From the NCBI GenBank assembly GCA_965242725.1, contig CBDESZ010000017.1:1-64000 (forward strand): DNA of 64,000 nucleotides. Reading direction: 5' to 3'. Source of the stretch: Alkalispirochaeta sp. (lineage in GTDB: Bacteria; Spirochaetota; Spirochaetia; DSM-27196; Alkalispirochaetaceae). Under the pieces are notes generated by a model. That model had not been told where the DNA came from. It ran no database searches and saw nothing but the letters and a program-made list of their open reading frames with translations. The position numbers and the translations under genes are program-made. The stretch's first letter is position 1; each line of letters opens with the position of its first letter. Shown one piece after another: positions 19,351 to 29,443 of the stretch.

Positions 19351-20932
19351 TTACCTTCTCCCTAAGCGATGCGACGGCGAAAGGCGCACGTTTTCCAGAT
19401 CCGGGCTGAAAAGTTCCCGCAGATCATTCAGTCCCAGATGCATGAGAGCCATACGGTCGATTCCGAGGCCCCACGCCAGGACGGGTACGTCCACTCCCAT
19501 CGGTTTGGTGACTTCCGGCCGGAATATGCCCGACCCGCCCAGCTCAAACCATCCGAGTTTGGGGTGCTTGATGTGGACTTCAACGGACGGCTCGGTAAAG
19601 GGAAAGTATCCTGGAACGTACCGTACATCCGTTGCGCCGGCGAGCTCAACGGCAAACATTTCCAGGAGGCCGAGAAGGTTTTTTCAGATTCACCTCTTCG
19701 CCGAGAACGATTCCTTCGGTCTGGTAAAAGTCGGAAAGGTGGGTGGCATCGACCTGGTCATATCGGAAACCACCGCAGAATTCCGAAGTATTTTTCCGGG
19801 AATCTTCGCCTTGTGCAGCGTTTTGGCGGACATGACCGTTCCCTGACTGCGCAGAATGAGCCGGCGGAGTGAAATCGCGGTCAAAGCGGTAGCCCCAGCC
19901 GCGGCTGCCCGTTTCCCACCCGTCTTCATGGGTACCGGCGATACGGGAGAGGTAGGGTTCTTCGATCTCCCTGGCGTGGCTGGGATCCTTGACGTAGTAC
20001 ACGTCATGAATGTCCCTGGCTGAGTGGAACTGGGGCATAAAGAGGGCGTCGGAGTTCCAGAACTCCGTCTCCACCATCGGTCCGTCAAATTCCTCGAATC
20101 CCAGGGACACAAGCTTGTCCTTTACCGAGTCGAGATACTCGCAATAGGGGTTTCTCCGTCCCGGAATGAGCCGGCTTGTAGGCGCGTTGACGCCGTACTC
20201 CCGAAAGCTCCGGCCACGCCAGCTTCCGTCACGCAGCATTTCCGGCGTGAGCCGGCCGACCTCGTCTCCGCTCATCCCCGCCCTGGCGAGGGCGTCTTTT
20301 ACCTCCACGCCGAGGGGGTTGATTCTGTAGAAGACGACTTCCCGTTCTACGATCCGAAACATCGCCGACGATGCTCCCCGTTTCTTTGCGTTTGCCGCGA
20401 CAACGTCCCGCTCTTCAGGGGTAAGCCGGGCGTCCACCAGATCACCATCGGCGGCACTATTGAGGAGTCGGTTGAGTACCTGTTCGCTTTCGGGAAGGGC
20501 CTCGGCACCCTGGGAACCATCAGCCGGAAAGGAGACCTTTTTGTCCCCGTCCATCGTGAGGATACCCTTCTTGGACAATTGACCGTATGACGATCCGACG
20601 TCTTTCTTTTCAAGACCCGTCGCGTCGGCGAGTTCCGGAAGGGTCATCGGCCCGCGATCCGTAACGGCTCGTATTATGCGTTCAACGGGCGTTCCCTTCT
20701 CGGCAAACTCGGCGCCCAGCTCCGTTCTTTCGTAAAAGACGTGTTCTTCACGACGCGTCTCGTCGAGATACGATTTTGCGACAAGCCAGCTGAGGGCTTG
20801 ATTGCACTGACCCAGTTTCAGTCCAAGGTCGCGCTCCATTTGGGCGGCGCCAAACTCCGCCGTCCCGTCGTAATGCAGGAGCGTCTTTATTTCAAGGGGA
20901 TGAAGGCTTTTTAGTGTTGCTTCCGAAACCAT
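19351..20932 (-). CDS. pheS: Phenylalanine-tRNA ligase alpha subunit, long archaeal/eukaryote type (four apparent +1 homopolymer errors)
   Basis: FWNSDALFMPQFHSARDIHD, LILRSQGT, FRYDQVDATHLSDFYQTEG, PGYFPFTEPSVE, AWGLGIDR distributed over successive frames. Confidence 0.92.
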
Positions 20933-21007
20933 GGCCGGCATTATGCCAACCTTTTCCAGTATCCACAAGAACGGGCGGCGGCGTCCCGCCGAACCGAATG
21001 CGGCCGC

Positions 21008-24000
21008 TTAGAGAAGCCGTTTCCGGATCCGCTCCGCCCGTTCTTTCAGTTGTTCCGCAACGTCACCGTCCGGCAGATGTGAACTCACCTGCCCCAGATA
21101 ATCAAAGGTCTCGGCGATTTGTGCACGGTCTATCGGTGAGGACCTCCGTTGTGAAGGCGGCCGGCCGGAATCCTCCGGGGGACGCCGTTTTTCGACTTTT
21201 TTCCGAAGGGTATCCCTGCCGCTGAGTCGGGAAAATACACCCGCGAGTTTCAGACGTTCATCGCTGTGGCGGTATTCCCGGTCCCTGTCCGGAGGAAGGT
21301 TCCTGGCGAGGCCCATGAGGTACCCGAACAACCTCGCCTGGCGACCAAACGGACGGTCATCCTGCGATTGAGGCCCCTTTGTCGGACCAAGCTGGGCGCG
21401 CACCTTTTCTATCATGTCCTTGAGTTTCCGCCGTAACGACGGATCCGGCGTATGTTCTTCTTCGCTCCGGGGAGCCTCCCGTGCTTCGACGGGCCGGGAC
21501 GGCTGCTTCTCCTCACCTTCCCGGGCCGGCCGTTCCGGTGGCGGCGCCTCCTGAGGCACGGTTTCGGGAGGTTGTGTTTCCGGCGGTTGTGGCGGCCGCT
21601 CCATGGGGAAGGGCGACTCTTCCTCCTCCTGCAGCGCCTCCAGGCCCGAAGGGAGTTCTTCCTCCTCCTGCAGCGCCTCCAGGCCCGAAGGGAGTTCTTC
21701 CTCCTCCCGTGGCGTTTCGACGGGTACGTCTTCCTCCGGCGGCAACTCATCGTCCGGGGGAATCTGTGCCGGCGGCGGCATTTCGTCGTGCGGCGGCAAT
21801 TCTTCTTCCACCGACGGTTCCTCCGCAACCGGTTCTTCCCGGGGGAGATATTGCTCATCCGGTATTTCTTCTTCGGGGACTCCTTCCTCGGACTCCCGTT
21901 CCTCGTCGGAGTGCTCGTCGGCGAGGCGTTCTTCGCCGGGGTATACTTCATCCGAGGGGCTTGCGTCCTCGGGACTATCGGGTTCATCCGGTTCTTCTTC
22001 CATGTCCGGCGGCAGTACGGCGTCGGCATCGAACGACGGGTCCGGTTCCGTCACATACTCCGGTTCGGCATCCGCGGCAGGCTCCTGCGGATGCGGCGGT
22101 GCATCAGAGTAAAACGGCGCGGATACGGAGTGCGGTTCGGGTTGAAAATCGGGTCGAGGCTCGTACTGCGGCGCGGGCTGAGGTTCACTCCCGGATTCCG
22201 GTTCCGGGCGTGGTGCAGACCGCGGTTGAGGCTTCTTCTGCGGGGCGGGCGGTGATTGAAACGCCGGCGTCGGAGGTTCGGGCTGGGGACGGGGCGGCGA
22301 ATATGGCTGTTGTGCCGGCGCTTCGGGCGGAGCTTCAGGGACCCGCTCCCGTTCAGGGGGTGATTGACCGTCCGGTTTCGCCTCGTCGGAAAGGAAGGGA
22401 AAGGGCATTTCCTCGTCCTCTTCGATGAGGTTGCGGAAGTCTTCCTCATCTTCCTGACGGGGGTACGGCGCCTCGTCTTCCGGTGTGATCGGCACATTTG
22501 CGGGCGAGGTGCTCCCGTCCCGACCGGTATCGCCGCCGCCGGCGGTAGATTGGACCGGTGCGGCCGGTGCATCACGGGCTCCCGATTCCTGAGAATCCCC
22601 CGTCGCCGGGGCTTCCCTCTCTTCAACGGGGGAGTCCAGACCCGGCTCCCCTTCGTCGGGAGACTCCGTCGAGATATCTTCGCCGAAACTCAGAATCGGA
22701 ATGGATTCCTCGTCAAAGTCGCCCGTTTCCTCCTGATCCATCGCGTCCCGTCTCGTCTCCCGGGCGCCTTCCTTCGCCAATCGACCGAGGAGATCGAGAT
22801 TATCGTGCCATCGCTCACTGTTTTCAGCCTCGAAATCCTGGACCATCTGCTCATAGAGCTCGAGACTTTCGTTCAGTTTATCCAGGTCCTCCGCGCTTCC
22901 GCGGTTCCCCTGCAAAGATACAAGTTCATCCGCCGCACGGAGTGCTTTGTCCCGATCACCAAGGATGTGATAGACCTCCGCCCGGGACGAAAGGACACGA
23001 TAATCATCGGGGCTGATTCCGGACGCTTCATTCAGCGCGTCGTCCGCCTCTTCCCGGCGTCCCAGCTCCGCGAGTGCTTCCGCCTTTCTCAAAAATCCGG
23101 AGACATCTTCGGGGTTGGACTGAATGGATCTATCCGCATAGGTCAGCGCTTCTTCATGAAGTCCGTCACGTCGAAGAATGTCCGAAAGATCGGGCAGGTA
23201 ACTCTGGTCCGCAGGGTTCTGTTCGGCATATCGACGCAGCGTTTCCTCGCCCTGATCCTTCTGTCCGCTTCGATATTGGGACAGTCCCAGTTCGCGCAGT
23301 GCGTCGACGTCGTATGGATCGTCTTTCACGACTTCCGCCCAGAGTGCGGTCGCCTTGTCGTGCATCTGCGACCGCCCGTATACCCTGGCAAGACTTTTGC
23401 GCAGGCGGGTGTTGTCGGGGTCGCGCTCGATCAGCTGCTGCAGAATACGCCGACTTTCCGCGGGGTCAGCGATCTGTTCCGCCAGCTGGCCGAGGTTTCC
23501 CGCCGCCCGGCCGTATCCCGGCGACCGCTGCAACGCTTCCTGAAAATGGCGAATCGCCTCGTCGGTCTTGCCCTGCCGGGCGAGAACAGTACCGAGATTG
23601 TTTCTCGCGGTATGGTTTTCCGGTTCCAGCTCCAGGAGCTCATTGTAGATTTCCTGGGCCTCGTCCAGGGAATCAAGTTTGTCCAGGACGATTCCCAGAT
23701 TATTCAATGCGTCGCCCCAGCCTGGCCGGGACCTCCGCACGACTTCATAACTGTCCCGTGCCTCCGGCAGACGCCCCATCGCCTGATAGGTGTTGCCCTT
23801 GTTGTAGTGGAGCGTCGGATGGTTGCGATCCCGTTGAATTCCCCGTTCAAACACCTCAAGGGCTTCGTCATGGCGGCCCTGTGTATCAAAGAGGGTTCCC
23901 AGATTGTTGTAGGCGATGGTCAGGTCCGGATCCCGGGCAATCGCCCGCTGATAGGCGTCGATCGCCTCGGGATAATTGCCCAGATCCTTGTGGATGTTGC

Positions 24001-24334
24001 CAAGGTTATAGAGGACCTCTCCGTTTTCCCCGGAGTAGCGCAATGCCTCTTTTATCGTCTCCAGGGCACGCTCGGTATCTCCCGTCTGGCGATAGATGAC
24101 GGCGAGATTGTTCAAGGCCTCGTGGTTGCGTGGCTCGAGTGCGACGGCCTGCTTGTATGACGCAATTGCCGGGGCATATCGCTTTTGACGACCGTATATA
24201 GTTCCCAGCAGGACGTGAGCCGCCGTCAGATCGGGATAGTCCTCCAGTAACGCAGATGTGAGCCTCTCGGCCACTTCATAATCGTTGACTCTGAAGGCGT
24301 TGACGGCGCGGTCAAGTCTTTCCTGATGTTTCAT
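21008..24334 (-). CDS. TPR-repeat protein with a long acidic/Pro-rich disordered region
   Basis: Many TPRs (ALNNLA, YNLGN, YNNLG, RNNLG) in the first ~480 aa, an E/P-rich middle and a helical C-terminal domain. Confidence 0.88.
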   Translation of the reverse strand: MKHQERLDRAVNAFRVNDYEVAERLTSALLEDYPDLTAAHVLLGTIYGRQKRYAPAIASYKQAVALEPRNHEALNNLAVIYRQTGDTERALETIKEALRYSGENGEVLYNLGNIHKDLGNYPEAIDAYQRAIARDPDLTIAYNNLGTLFDTQGRHDEALEVFERGIQRDRNHPTLHYNKGNTYQAMGRLPEARDSYEVVRRSRPGWGDALNNLGIVLDKLDSLDEAQEIYNELLELEPENHTARNNLGTVLARQGKTDEAIRHFQEALQRSPGYGRAAGNLGQLAEQIADPAESRRILQQLIERDPDNTRLRKSLARVYGRSQMHDKATALWAEVVKDDPYDVDALRELGLSQYRSGQKDQGEETLRRYAEQNPADQSYLPDLSDILRRDGLHEEALTYADRSIQSNPEDVSGFLRKAEALAELGRREEADDALNEASGISPDDYRVLSSRAEVYHILGDRDKALRAADELVSLQGNRGSAEDLDKLNESLELYEQMVQDFEAENSERWHDNLDLLGRLAKEGARETRRDAMDQEETGDFDEESIPILSFGEDISTESPDEGEPGLDSPVEEREAPATGDSQESGARDAPAAPVQSTAGGGDTGRDGSTSPANVPITPEDEAPYPRQEDEEDFRNLIEEDEEMPFPFLSDEAKPDGQSPPERERVPEAPPEAPAQQPYSPPRPQPEPPTPAFQSPPAPQKKPQPRSAPRPEPESGSEPQPAPQYEPRPDFQPEPHSVSAPFYSDAPPHPQEPAADAEPEYVTEPDPSFDADAVLPPDMEEEPDEPDSPEDASPSDEVYPGEERLADEHSDEERESEEGVPEEEIPDEQYLPREEPVAEEPSVEEELPPHDEMPPPAQIPPDDELPPEEDVPVETPREEEELPSGLEALQEEEELPSGLEALQEEEESPFPMERPPQPPETQPPETVPQEAPPPERPAREGEEKQPSRPVEAREAPRSEEEHTPDPSLRRKLKDMIEKVRAQLGPTKGPQSQDDRPFGRQARLFGYLMGLARNLPPDRDREYRHSDERLKLAGVFSRLSGRDTLRKKVEKRRPPEDSGRPPSQRRSSPIDRAQIAETFDYLGQVSSHLPDGDVAEQLKERAERIRKRLL
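21618..21707. repeat. In-frame 39-bp tandem repeat (2 perfect copies + 12 bp) encoding EEEELPSGLEALQ
   Basis: TCTTCCTCCTCCTGCAGCGCCTCCAGGCCCGAAGGGAGT at 21618-21656 and 21657-21695. Confidence 0.95.
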
Positions 24335-25884
24335 TCACCCGATCTCCCGGCGCGTATTTCGATTTCAGGGGAGGGTACACTGCTGCGTCCGTATCGGTCG
24401 ACGCTCTCCACGGTAAAAACGTAGGATCTGTCCGGTTCCAACCCCGTAATGGTGACGGACGTTCCCTCTTCAACCGAAACCGGGGAAACGACGTTATCGG
24501 TCCCGAGATAGCGTCCCGGTCGTTCTCCCAGAAAGACACGGTAGCGTTCCGCCGTGTCGCTGTGTACGGCATCCCAATGTAGTTCCACCCCGCCGTTGAT
24601 GCTCCGACCACGCACGTTGTTTGGAGACGGCGGTGTCGGAAAGGGGCGGTAAAGGATTTCTATTTCCCGAATTCGGGGACTCACTGCCCCCGCCGCATCG
24701 CTGAGCAGGAGACCTCGGAGTTGGACGTACCGGCCCCGCTGTTCATCACCGCCCGCCCCCTGCGGAATCTTCCCATCGACGGGAACGGGTTGCCACGGCT
24801 GTTGAGAAAAGGAATCGCCGACGCGGTAGTAGAGACGCACATCCGTGTTGCCCGGCGTTTCGTAATGCGTATCAATTGCATAGAGCCGTCCACCACCGTC
24901 TCCGAGGGGAATGGGGGCACTTATAAATTCTCCGGGAGTCCCCGTATACCTTTCAGTATACACGGGGTATGCGGCGTTTCTTTCAAAGTGTATGGCATCG
25001 ATGAGACCGTAGTAGTTGCGACCGACCACGATTCCCTCTCCCGTATCGGACCCGAAGAGGAGGGCGTTCGGCGATCCCCCTTCCCTTCCCGTATCGGTGA
25101 GAAAGGTCGTCGCTTCCGGGATACCGTCCACCAGGTAGGTGAGCTGACTGCGCTCGGCGTCATATCGAAGTCGGTGGTGCGTCCAGCGCTGCGGTATCGG
25201 CGGGCGCCGGGCGGTCAGAACGACGTCGGAGACGTTTCGGAGCGATCCCTTTTCACGTTCCTGTATGACCACGTTGCGCAACGCCCATTGGAGACGACCC
25301 GCTTCAGTGCCGAATCGAACTTCCTGAACAACCGGATGGGTGGTGTTTACCAGTGCGCCGTTCCAGCGGAAGATGTCGGCACCGTCGGCAATGTGGGTCG
25401 GATAGATCCATACGTCCATGACAAAAGATCCGGGATGGGTGTAGGCGCTGAAGATGCTGCCCTCCCGGGGCGCAAGGGAAAAGGTGGCGGCGCCGTCAAA
25501 TGCCGCAGACCCCTCGCCGAACCGGGACATATCACCATGGTACTCGACGCCCTGTATATCCCGCAAATCATACCGTCCGGAGACATCATGCAGAGAGCCG
25601 TCAAAATTTACGACCAGGTCGGTCTGCTCCGATACGGTGTGGCGTCGATCGGATAGAAGGATGTCGTCTCCTCCCCGCCACCCTGAACGGAGGGTGACGC
25701 CCCGTTCCTCACGAAAGGGAAACCATCCATTTCGACCTCCAAAATCGATGCGGGAGACACCCGGCGGGTCCCGGGACAGGTCACCGCGTTGCAAATAGGC
25801 GATATTCTGGGCCATGATTGTCTGAGGAATCATCCCGTTGAACGCGGCGGCTACGAGAAGGTGCAGAATTATTTGTCTGGCCAT
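24331..25884 (-). CDS. Secreted LamG/concanavalin-like + fibronectin type III domain protein
   Basis: Signal peptide (MARQIILHLLVAAAF); GSAAFDG, FVMDVWIYP, WTHH..YD, YLVDG; C-terminal FN3 (VELHWD..Y..TITGLEPDRSYVFTVESVD). Start could be 25902. Confidence 0.7.
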   Translation of the reverse strand: MARQIILHLLVAAAFNGMIPQTIMAQNIAYLQRGDLSRDPPGVSRIDFGGRNGWFPFREERGVTLRSGWRGGDDILLSDRRHTVSEQTDLVVNFDGSLHDVSGRYDLRDIQGVEYHGDMSRFGEGSAAFDGAATFSLAPREGSIFSAYTHPGSFVMDVWIYPTHIADGADIFRWNGALVNTTHPVVQEVRFGTEAGRLQWALRNVVIQEREKGSLRNVSDVVLTARRPPIPQRWTHHRLRYDAERSQLTYLVDGIPEATTFLTDTGREGGSPNALLFGSDTGEGIVVGRNYYGLIDAIHFERNAAYPVYTERYTGTPGEFISAPIPLGDGGGRLYAIDTHYETPGNTDVRLYYRVGDSFSQQPWQPVPVDGKIPQGAGGDEQRGRYVQLRGLLLSDAAGAVSPRIREIEILYRPFPTPPSPNNVRGRSINGGVELHWDAVHSDTAERYRVFLGERPGRYLGTDNVVSPVSVEEGTSVTITGLEPDRSYVFTVESVDRYGRSSVPSPEIEIRAGRSGE

Positions 25885-25935
25885 GGTGACGCGTAGTTTC
25901 ATAATTCCGTATTTTCTGATATCGGCATGTCTTCC

Positions 25936-27735
25936 ATGGAACTCAAAGAGCAACTGAAAACTCAAATCCGGGAGTTTCCCACTTCTTCCGGCGTCTATAT
26001 CATGAAAGATCAGGACGGGACGATCATCTACGTCGGCAAGGCGATAAATCTCCGCGCCCGGGTCAGATCCTACTTTGCGGAGGATCTCCCGATAAAGACG
26101 CGAATGCTCATGGCCCGAATGGGTCATATCGACTATTTAATGACCGGCAATGAGTATGAAGCGCTGCTCCTGGAAAACAATCTTATAAAGCGACATCACC
26201 CCCGGTATAACATAAATCTCAAGGATGGAAAAACGTATCCCGTCATCCGCATCACCGCGGATGAATATCCCCGCGTCTTTCGTACCCGCCGTATCGTCCA
26301 TGACGGAAGCTCCTACTTTGGCCCGTACCCCAATGTACGTCAGCTTGAACGGTATCTCGATCTCGTTGAACGACTCTATCCCCTGCGAAAATGCCGGACG
26401 AAGGAGATACGGCCGCGATCCCGACCATGTCTCTACTGGCATATCGGACGATGTGCCGCCGTATGCGCCGGAAAGACGAGCCATCAGGAGTACATGACCC
26501 GGGTCGAGTCTATTCGCAAACTCCTCTCCGGTAAGACGGAGGAGCTGAAAGAAGAGCTGAAGCGGAAAATGGATGATGCCAGCAGGGCAATGGCATATGA
26601 AAAGGCGGCGGAGTACCGGGACGCCCATCAGACACTGGAAGAGGTTGAATCGGAACAGCGGATCGTCGATTTCGACCCGGAAGTCAGGGACTATATCGGG
26701 TACGCCGGGCGGAATGAATTCTCGACATTTGCGGTTTTTCAGATGCGTGCCGGGAAAATGGTGGGGAACACCGTTTTTCACGCGGAACTCCCCGGCACGG
26801 ACGAAGACAATCTCGTCGAGTTTGTCGTTCAATTCTACGGGACCGCCTCAAATCCGCCGAAACGGCTCTATACCTCGTCAACCCTCGGTGATCTGTCGGT
26901 GTTGAAACGTTTCTTTGCGGAGGAACTCGGAGCGGACGTGACGATACATACCCCCGAGTCCAGCAGAGACGCGGCGATACTCCGCCTCTGTACCGAGAAT
27001 GCCCGGCAGGAACTGGACAAGCGCCTGCGGGAACGGGGAAACCTCCCTGCACTTGAAGAGCTCAAGGGCGCCCTCGGCCTTTCCCATCCGCCGCTCAGAA
27101 TCGAAGGGTTCGACATCGCCCATATCGGAGGAAAGAATACCGTTGCCGCACTTGTCAGCTTTTCAAACGGCGTTCCCGACAAGAGCCAGTACAAACGGTT
27201 CAGGATCAGGACGCTGAAAGAGGGACAGATCGACGACTTTGCGGCGATGCGGGAGGTGATTGCACGGCGGTATACCCGGGTTCGAAATGAACAGCTCCCG
27301 CGCCCCGACCTCATCGTCATTGACGGCGGAAAGGGACAGGTCAACGCGGCCCGGGAAATTCTCACCGCGCTGGACGAGGAGATACCCCTTGTCGGAATTG
27401 CGAAACGGGAAGAGGAACTTTTTCTTCCCGAACGCTCCGATCCGATCGTCCTCCCCGAAGGAAACCCGGCACTGCGGGTCATACAGTACGTCCGGGATGA
27501 AGCGCACCGCTTTGCCACGACCTACCGGGCGGGTCTTCAGAAGCGGGATATCGTCACGTCGACACTGGAAGCCATTCCGGGAATCGGTCCGAAACGGGCC
27601 GCCCGCATTCTCCGGGCATTTCCCGACTTTGACAGCATCCTTGAAACGCCCGTCGATATCATCGCCAAGAGCGCCGGCATTTCCGAGGAAAAGGTTCTGG
27701 AGCTGCAGGAATACATACGGGAAGCCTTTCGATAG
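25936..27735 (+). CDS. uvrC: Excinuclease ABC subunit C
   Basis: GIY-YIG (GVYIMK..IYVGKA), RIEGFDIAH, PDLIVIDGGKGQ, VRDEAHRFA, HhH IPGIGPKR. Confidence 0.97.
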   Translation: MELKEQLKTQIREFPTSSGVYIMKDQDGTIIYVGKAINLRARVRSYFAEDLPIKTRMLMARMGHIDYLMTGNEYEALLLENNLIKRHHPRYNINLKDGKTYPVIRITADEYPRVFRTRRIVHDGSSYFGPYPNVRQLERYLDLVERLYPLRKCRTKEIRPRSRPCLYWHIGRCAAVCAGKTSHQEYMTRVESIRKLLSGKTEELKEELKRKMDDASRAMAYEKAAEYRDAHQTLEEVESEQRIVDFDPEVRDYIGYAGRNEFSTFAVFQMRAGKMVGNTVFHAELPGTDEDNLVEFVVQFYGTASNPPKRLYTSSTLGDLSVLKRFFAEELGADVTIHTPESSRDAAILRLCTENARQELDKRLRERGNLPALEELKGALGLSHPPLRIEGFDIAHIGGKNTVAALVSFSNGVPDKSQYKRFRIRTLKEGQIDDFAAMREVIARRYTRVRNEQLPRPDLIVIDGGKGQVNAAREILTALDEEIPLVGIAKREEELFLPERSDPIVLPEGNPALRVIQYVRDEAHRFATTYRAGLQKRDIVTSTLEAIPGIGPKRAARILRAFPDFDSILETPVDIIAKSAGISEEKVLELQEYIREAFR

Positions 27736-27751
27736 GGCGAAAAGGGAGAAC

Positions 27752-27780
27752 TTGACCCCTTCATCGGTCGTCCCTATGCT
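27752..27780 (+). promoter_or_regulatory. Sigma70 promoter for purK (leaderless geometry)
   Basis: TTGACC-17-TATGCT; GTG start 6 nt after the -10 box. Confidence 0.65.
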
Positions 27781-27786
27781 ACAGCG

Positions 27787-28935
27787 GTGGATATACACGG
27801 GTCACCTCTCGCACGGGTCGGACTGATCGGCGGCGGACAGCTGGGATTGATGCTGGCCGCCGAAGCGCTCGCCCTAGATATCGAGATTCATATACTCGAT
27901 CCCGATCCCTCCCCGCCCGCCGCACGCGGTGCCGTCCGCCACGTACGGGGTGAGCTCAACGATCCCGCCTCGATCCGCGAGCTTGCCGAGTCGTGCGATG
28001 TCATTTCCTACGAAATTGAAAGCGGTGATCCCGGTACCCTGCGACGTATCGGCAAGCCGGTAGAACCGTCCCCTGCGACGATGGAAATCATACAGGACAA
28101 GCTCGTGCAGCGGCGTCATCTGGATAACGCCGGCATACCCGTTCCGCGATACCGCGATCTCGAAGGGGAGACGCCGGAGAGCATTCCCGGGACACTTTCC
28201 CGGTTCGGTTTCCCCCTCGTCCACAAGGCCCGAAGGGGCGGATACGACGGCAGAGGAGTCGCCGTCATTACCGGACCCGGCTCTCCCCTCCCTGAAAGCC
28301 CCATACCCTGGGATTCGAGCGGATATTTTGAAGAGGGCGTCGCCATTGCGAAGGAGGTCGCCGTCATCGTCGCCCGCTCCACCCGTGGAGAAATTCGGTC
28401 CTACGAGCCGGTGGAAATGCACTTTGACGAAACGCTCAACCTGGTGGATGCCGTCATGTATCCCGCGGATATCCACAACGATGTTGCACGGGAATGCCGG
28501 CGGATCGGAGAATCGGCGGTTGCAACGCTCCCCGGGGCGGGTATCTTTGCGGTGGAGCTCTTTGTGACCGGCGACAATGCGGTGCTCGTCAATGAAATCG
28601 CCCCGCGGCCACACAATTCGGGACACCTGACGATCGAAGCGGCGGTAACGAACCAGTTTCAGCAACATCTTCGGGCAATAACGGGACTCCCCCTGGGAGA
28701 TACGACGTTCCACGCGCCGGCGGTGATGCGCAACCTTCTGGGCGGACCCGTTTCAGGCACGCCCCGCTATTACGGCATACACAAGGCGCTCACCGATTCG
28801 GGCGTGCATCTGCATCTGTACGGCAAGAAGGAAACACGACCGGGACGCAAGATGGGCCATATCACCGCCGTCGGACCCGACGCCTGGGAAAAGGCCCACC
28901 GGGCGTGGCGCCGGATTTCCATTAACGGAACGTAA
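27787..28935 (+). CDS. purK: N5-CAIR synthase
   Basis: [45 protein letters not shown]. Confidence 0.95.
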   Translation: MDIHGSPLARVGLIGGGQLGLMLAAEALALDIEIHILDPDPSPPAARGAVRHVRGELNDPASIRELAESCDVISYEIESGDPGTLRRIGKPVEPSPATMEIIQDKLVQRRHLDNAGIPVPRYRDLEGETPESIPGTLSRFGFPLVHKARRGGYDGRGVAVITGPGSPLPESPIPWDSSGYFEEGVAIAKEVAVIVARSTRGEIRSYEPVEMHFDETLNLVDAVMYPADIHNDVARECRRIGESAVATLPGAGIFAVELFVTGDNAVLVNEIAPRPHNSGHLTIEAAVTNQFQQHLRAITGLPLGDTTFHAPAVMRNLLGGPVSGTPRYYGIHKALTDSGVHLHLYGKKETRPGRKMGHITAVGPDAWEKAHRAWRRISINGT

Positions 28936-28945
28936 AGGAGAGTGG

Positions 28946-29443
28946 ATGATAGGCATAATCATGGGAAGCATTTCCGACGCGCCGATCATGGAACTGGCGG
29001 CACAGGCGTGCGAGGAGTTTTCATACCCCTACGAAATGACGGTGGTCAGCGCCCATCGCACCCCCGATCGCATGAGCGACTACGCCCGTACGGCGGAGAA
29101 ACGGGGGATTCAGGTGATTATCGCCGGCGCCGGAGGTGCGGCACACCTGCCCGGCATGGTCGCCGCCATGACGCCTCTGCCGGTTATCGGCGTACCCATC
29201 AGGAGCAAGGCGTTACAGGGACTGGATTCCCTGCTTTCAATCGTTCAAATGCCCAAAGGTGTCCCCGTCGCGACGGTGGCCATAGACGGCGGACGGAACG
29301 CGGCGCTTCTTGCGCTGCGCATCATCGGGTGCCGGGACGCTGCGGTTCGGGCTCAAATGGCCGAGTTTCTGGAACAACAGCGGCGGAACGTTGAAGAGAC
29401 GCTCCCGGAGGTGGAGAAATCGTGGAACCCGGAGGCGATATGA
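28946..29443 (+). CDS. purE: N5-CAIR mutase
   Basis: [39 protein letters not shown]. Confidence 0.97.
   Translation: MIGIIMGSISDAPIMELAAQACEEFSYPYEMTVVSAHRTPDRMSDYARTAEKRGIQVIIAGAGGAAHLPGMVAAMTPLPVIGVPIRSKALQGLDSLLSIVQMPKGVPVATVAIDGGRNAALLALRIIGCRDAAVRAQMAEFLEQQRRNVEETLPEVEKSWNPEAI

Noticed and set aside
17554..20932. pheS and pheT as pseudogenes or programmed-frameshift genes
   Set aside because: Eight +1 indels in short homopolymers, intact motifs and an essential function make sequencing error far more likely.
20933..21007. T-box leader for pheS
   Set aside because: The intergenic region is only 75 bp, has no T-box consensus, and the promoter looks leaderless.
21618..21707. 39-bp repeat as a CRISPR array
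   Set aside because: No spacers, in-frame within a coding region, and no cas genes nearby.
22364..24160. 598-aa ORF antisense to the TPR gene (also 7621..8817, 43880..45211, 15569..16645 and similar)
   Set aside because: Shadow ORFs on the opposite strand of well-supported genes, expected in GC-rich DNA, with no recognisable motifs.
25885..25935. LexA box upstream of uvrC
   Set aside because: No convincing palindrome, and the LexA motif for this lineage is unknown to me.
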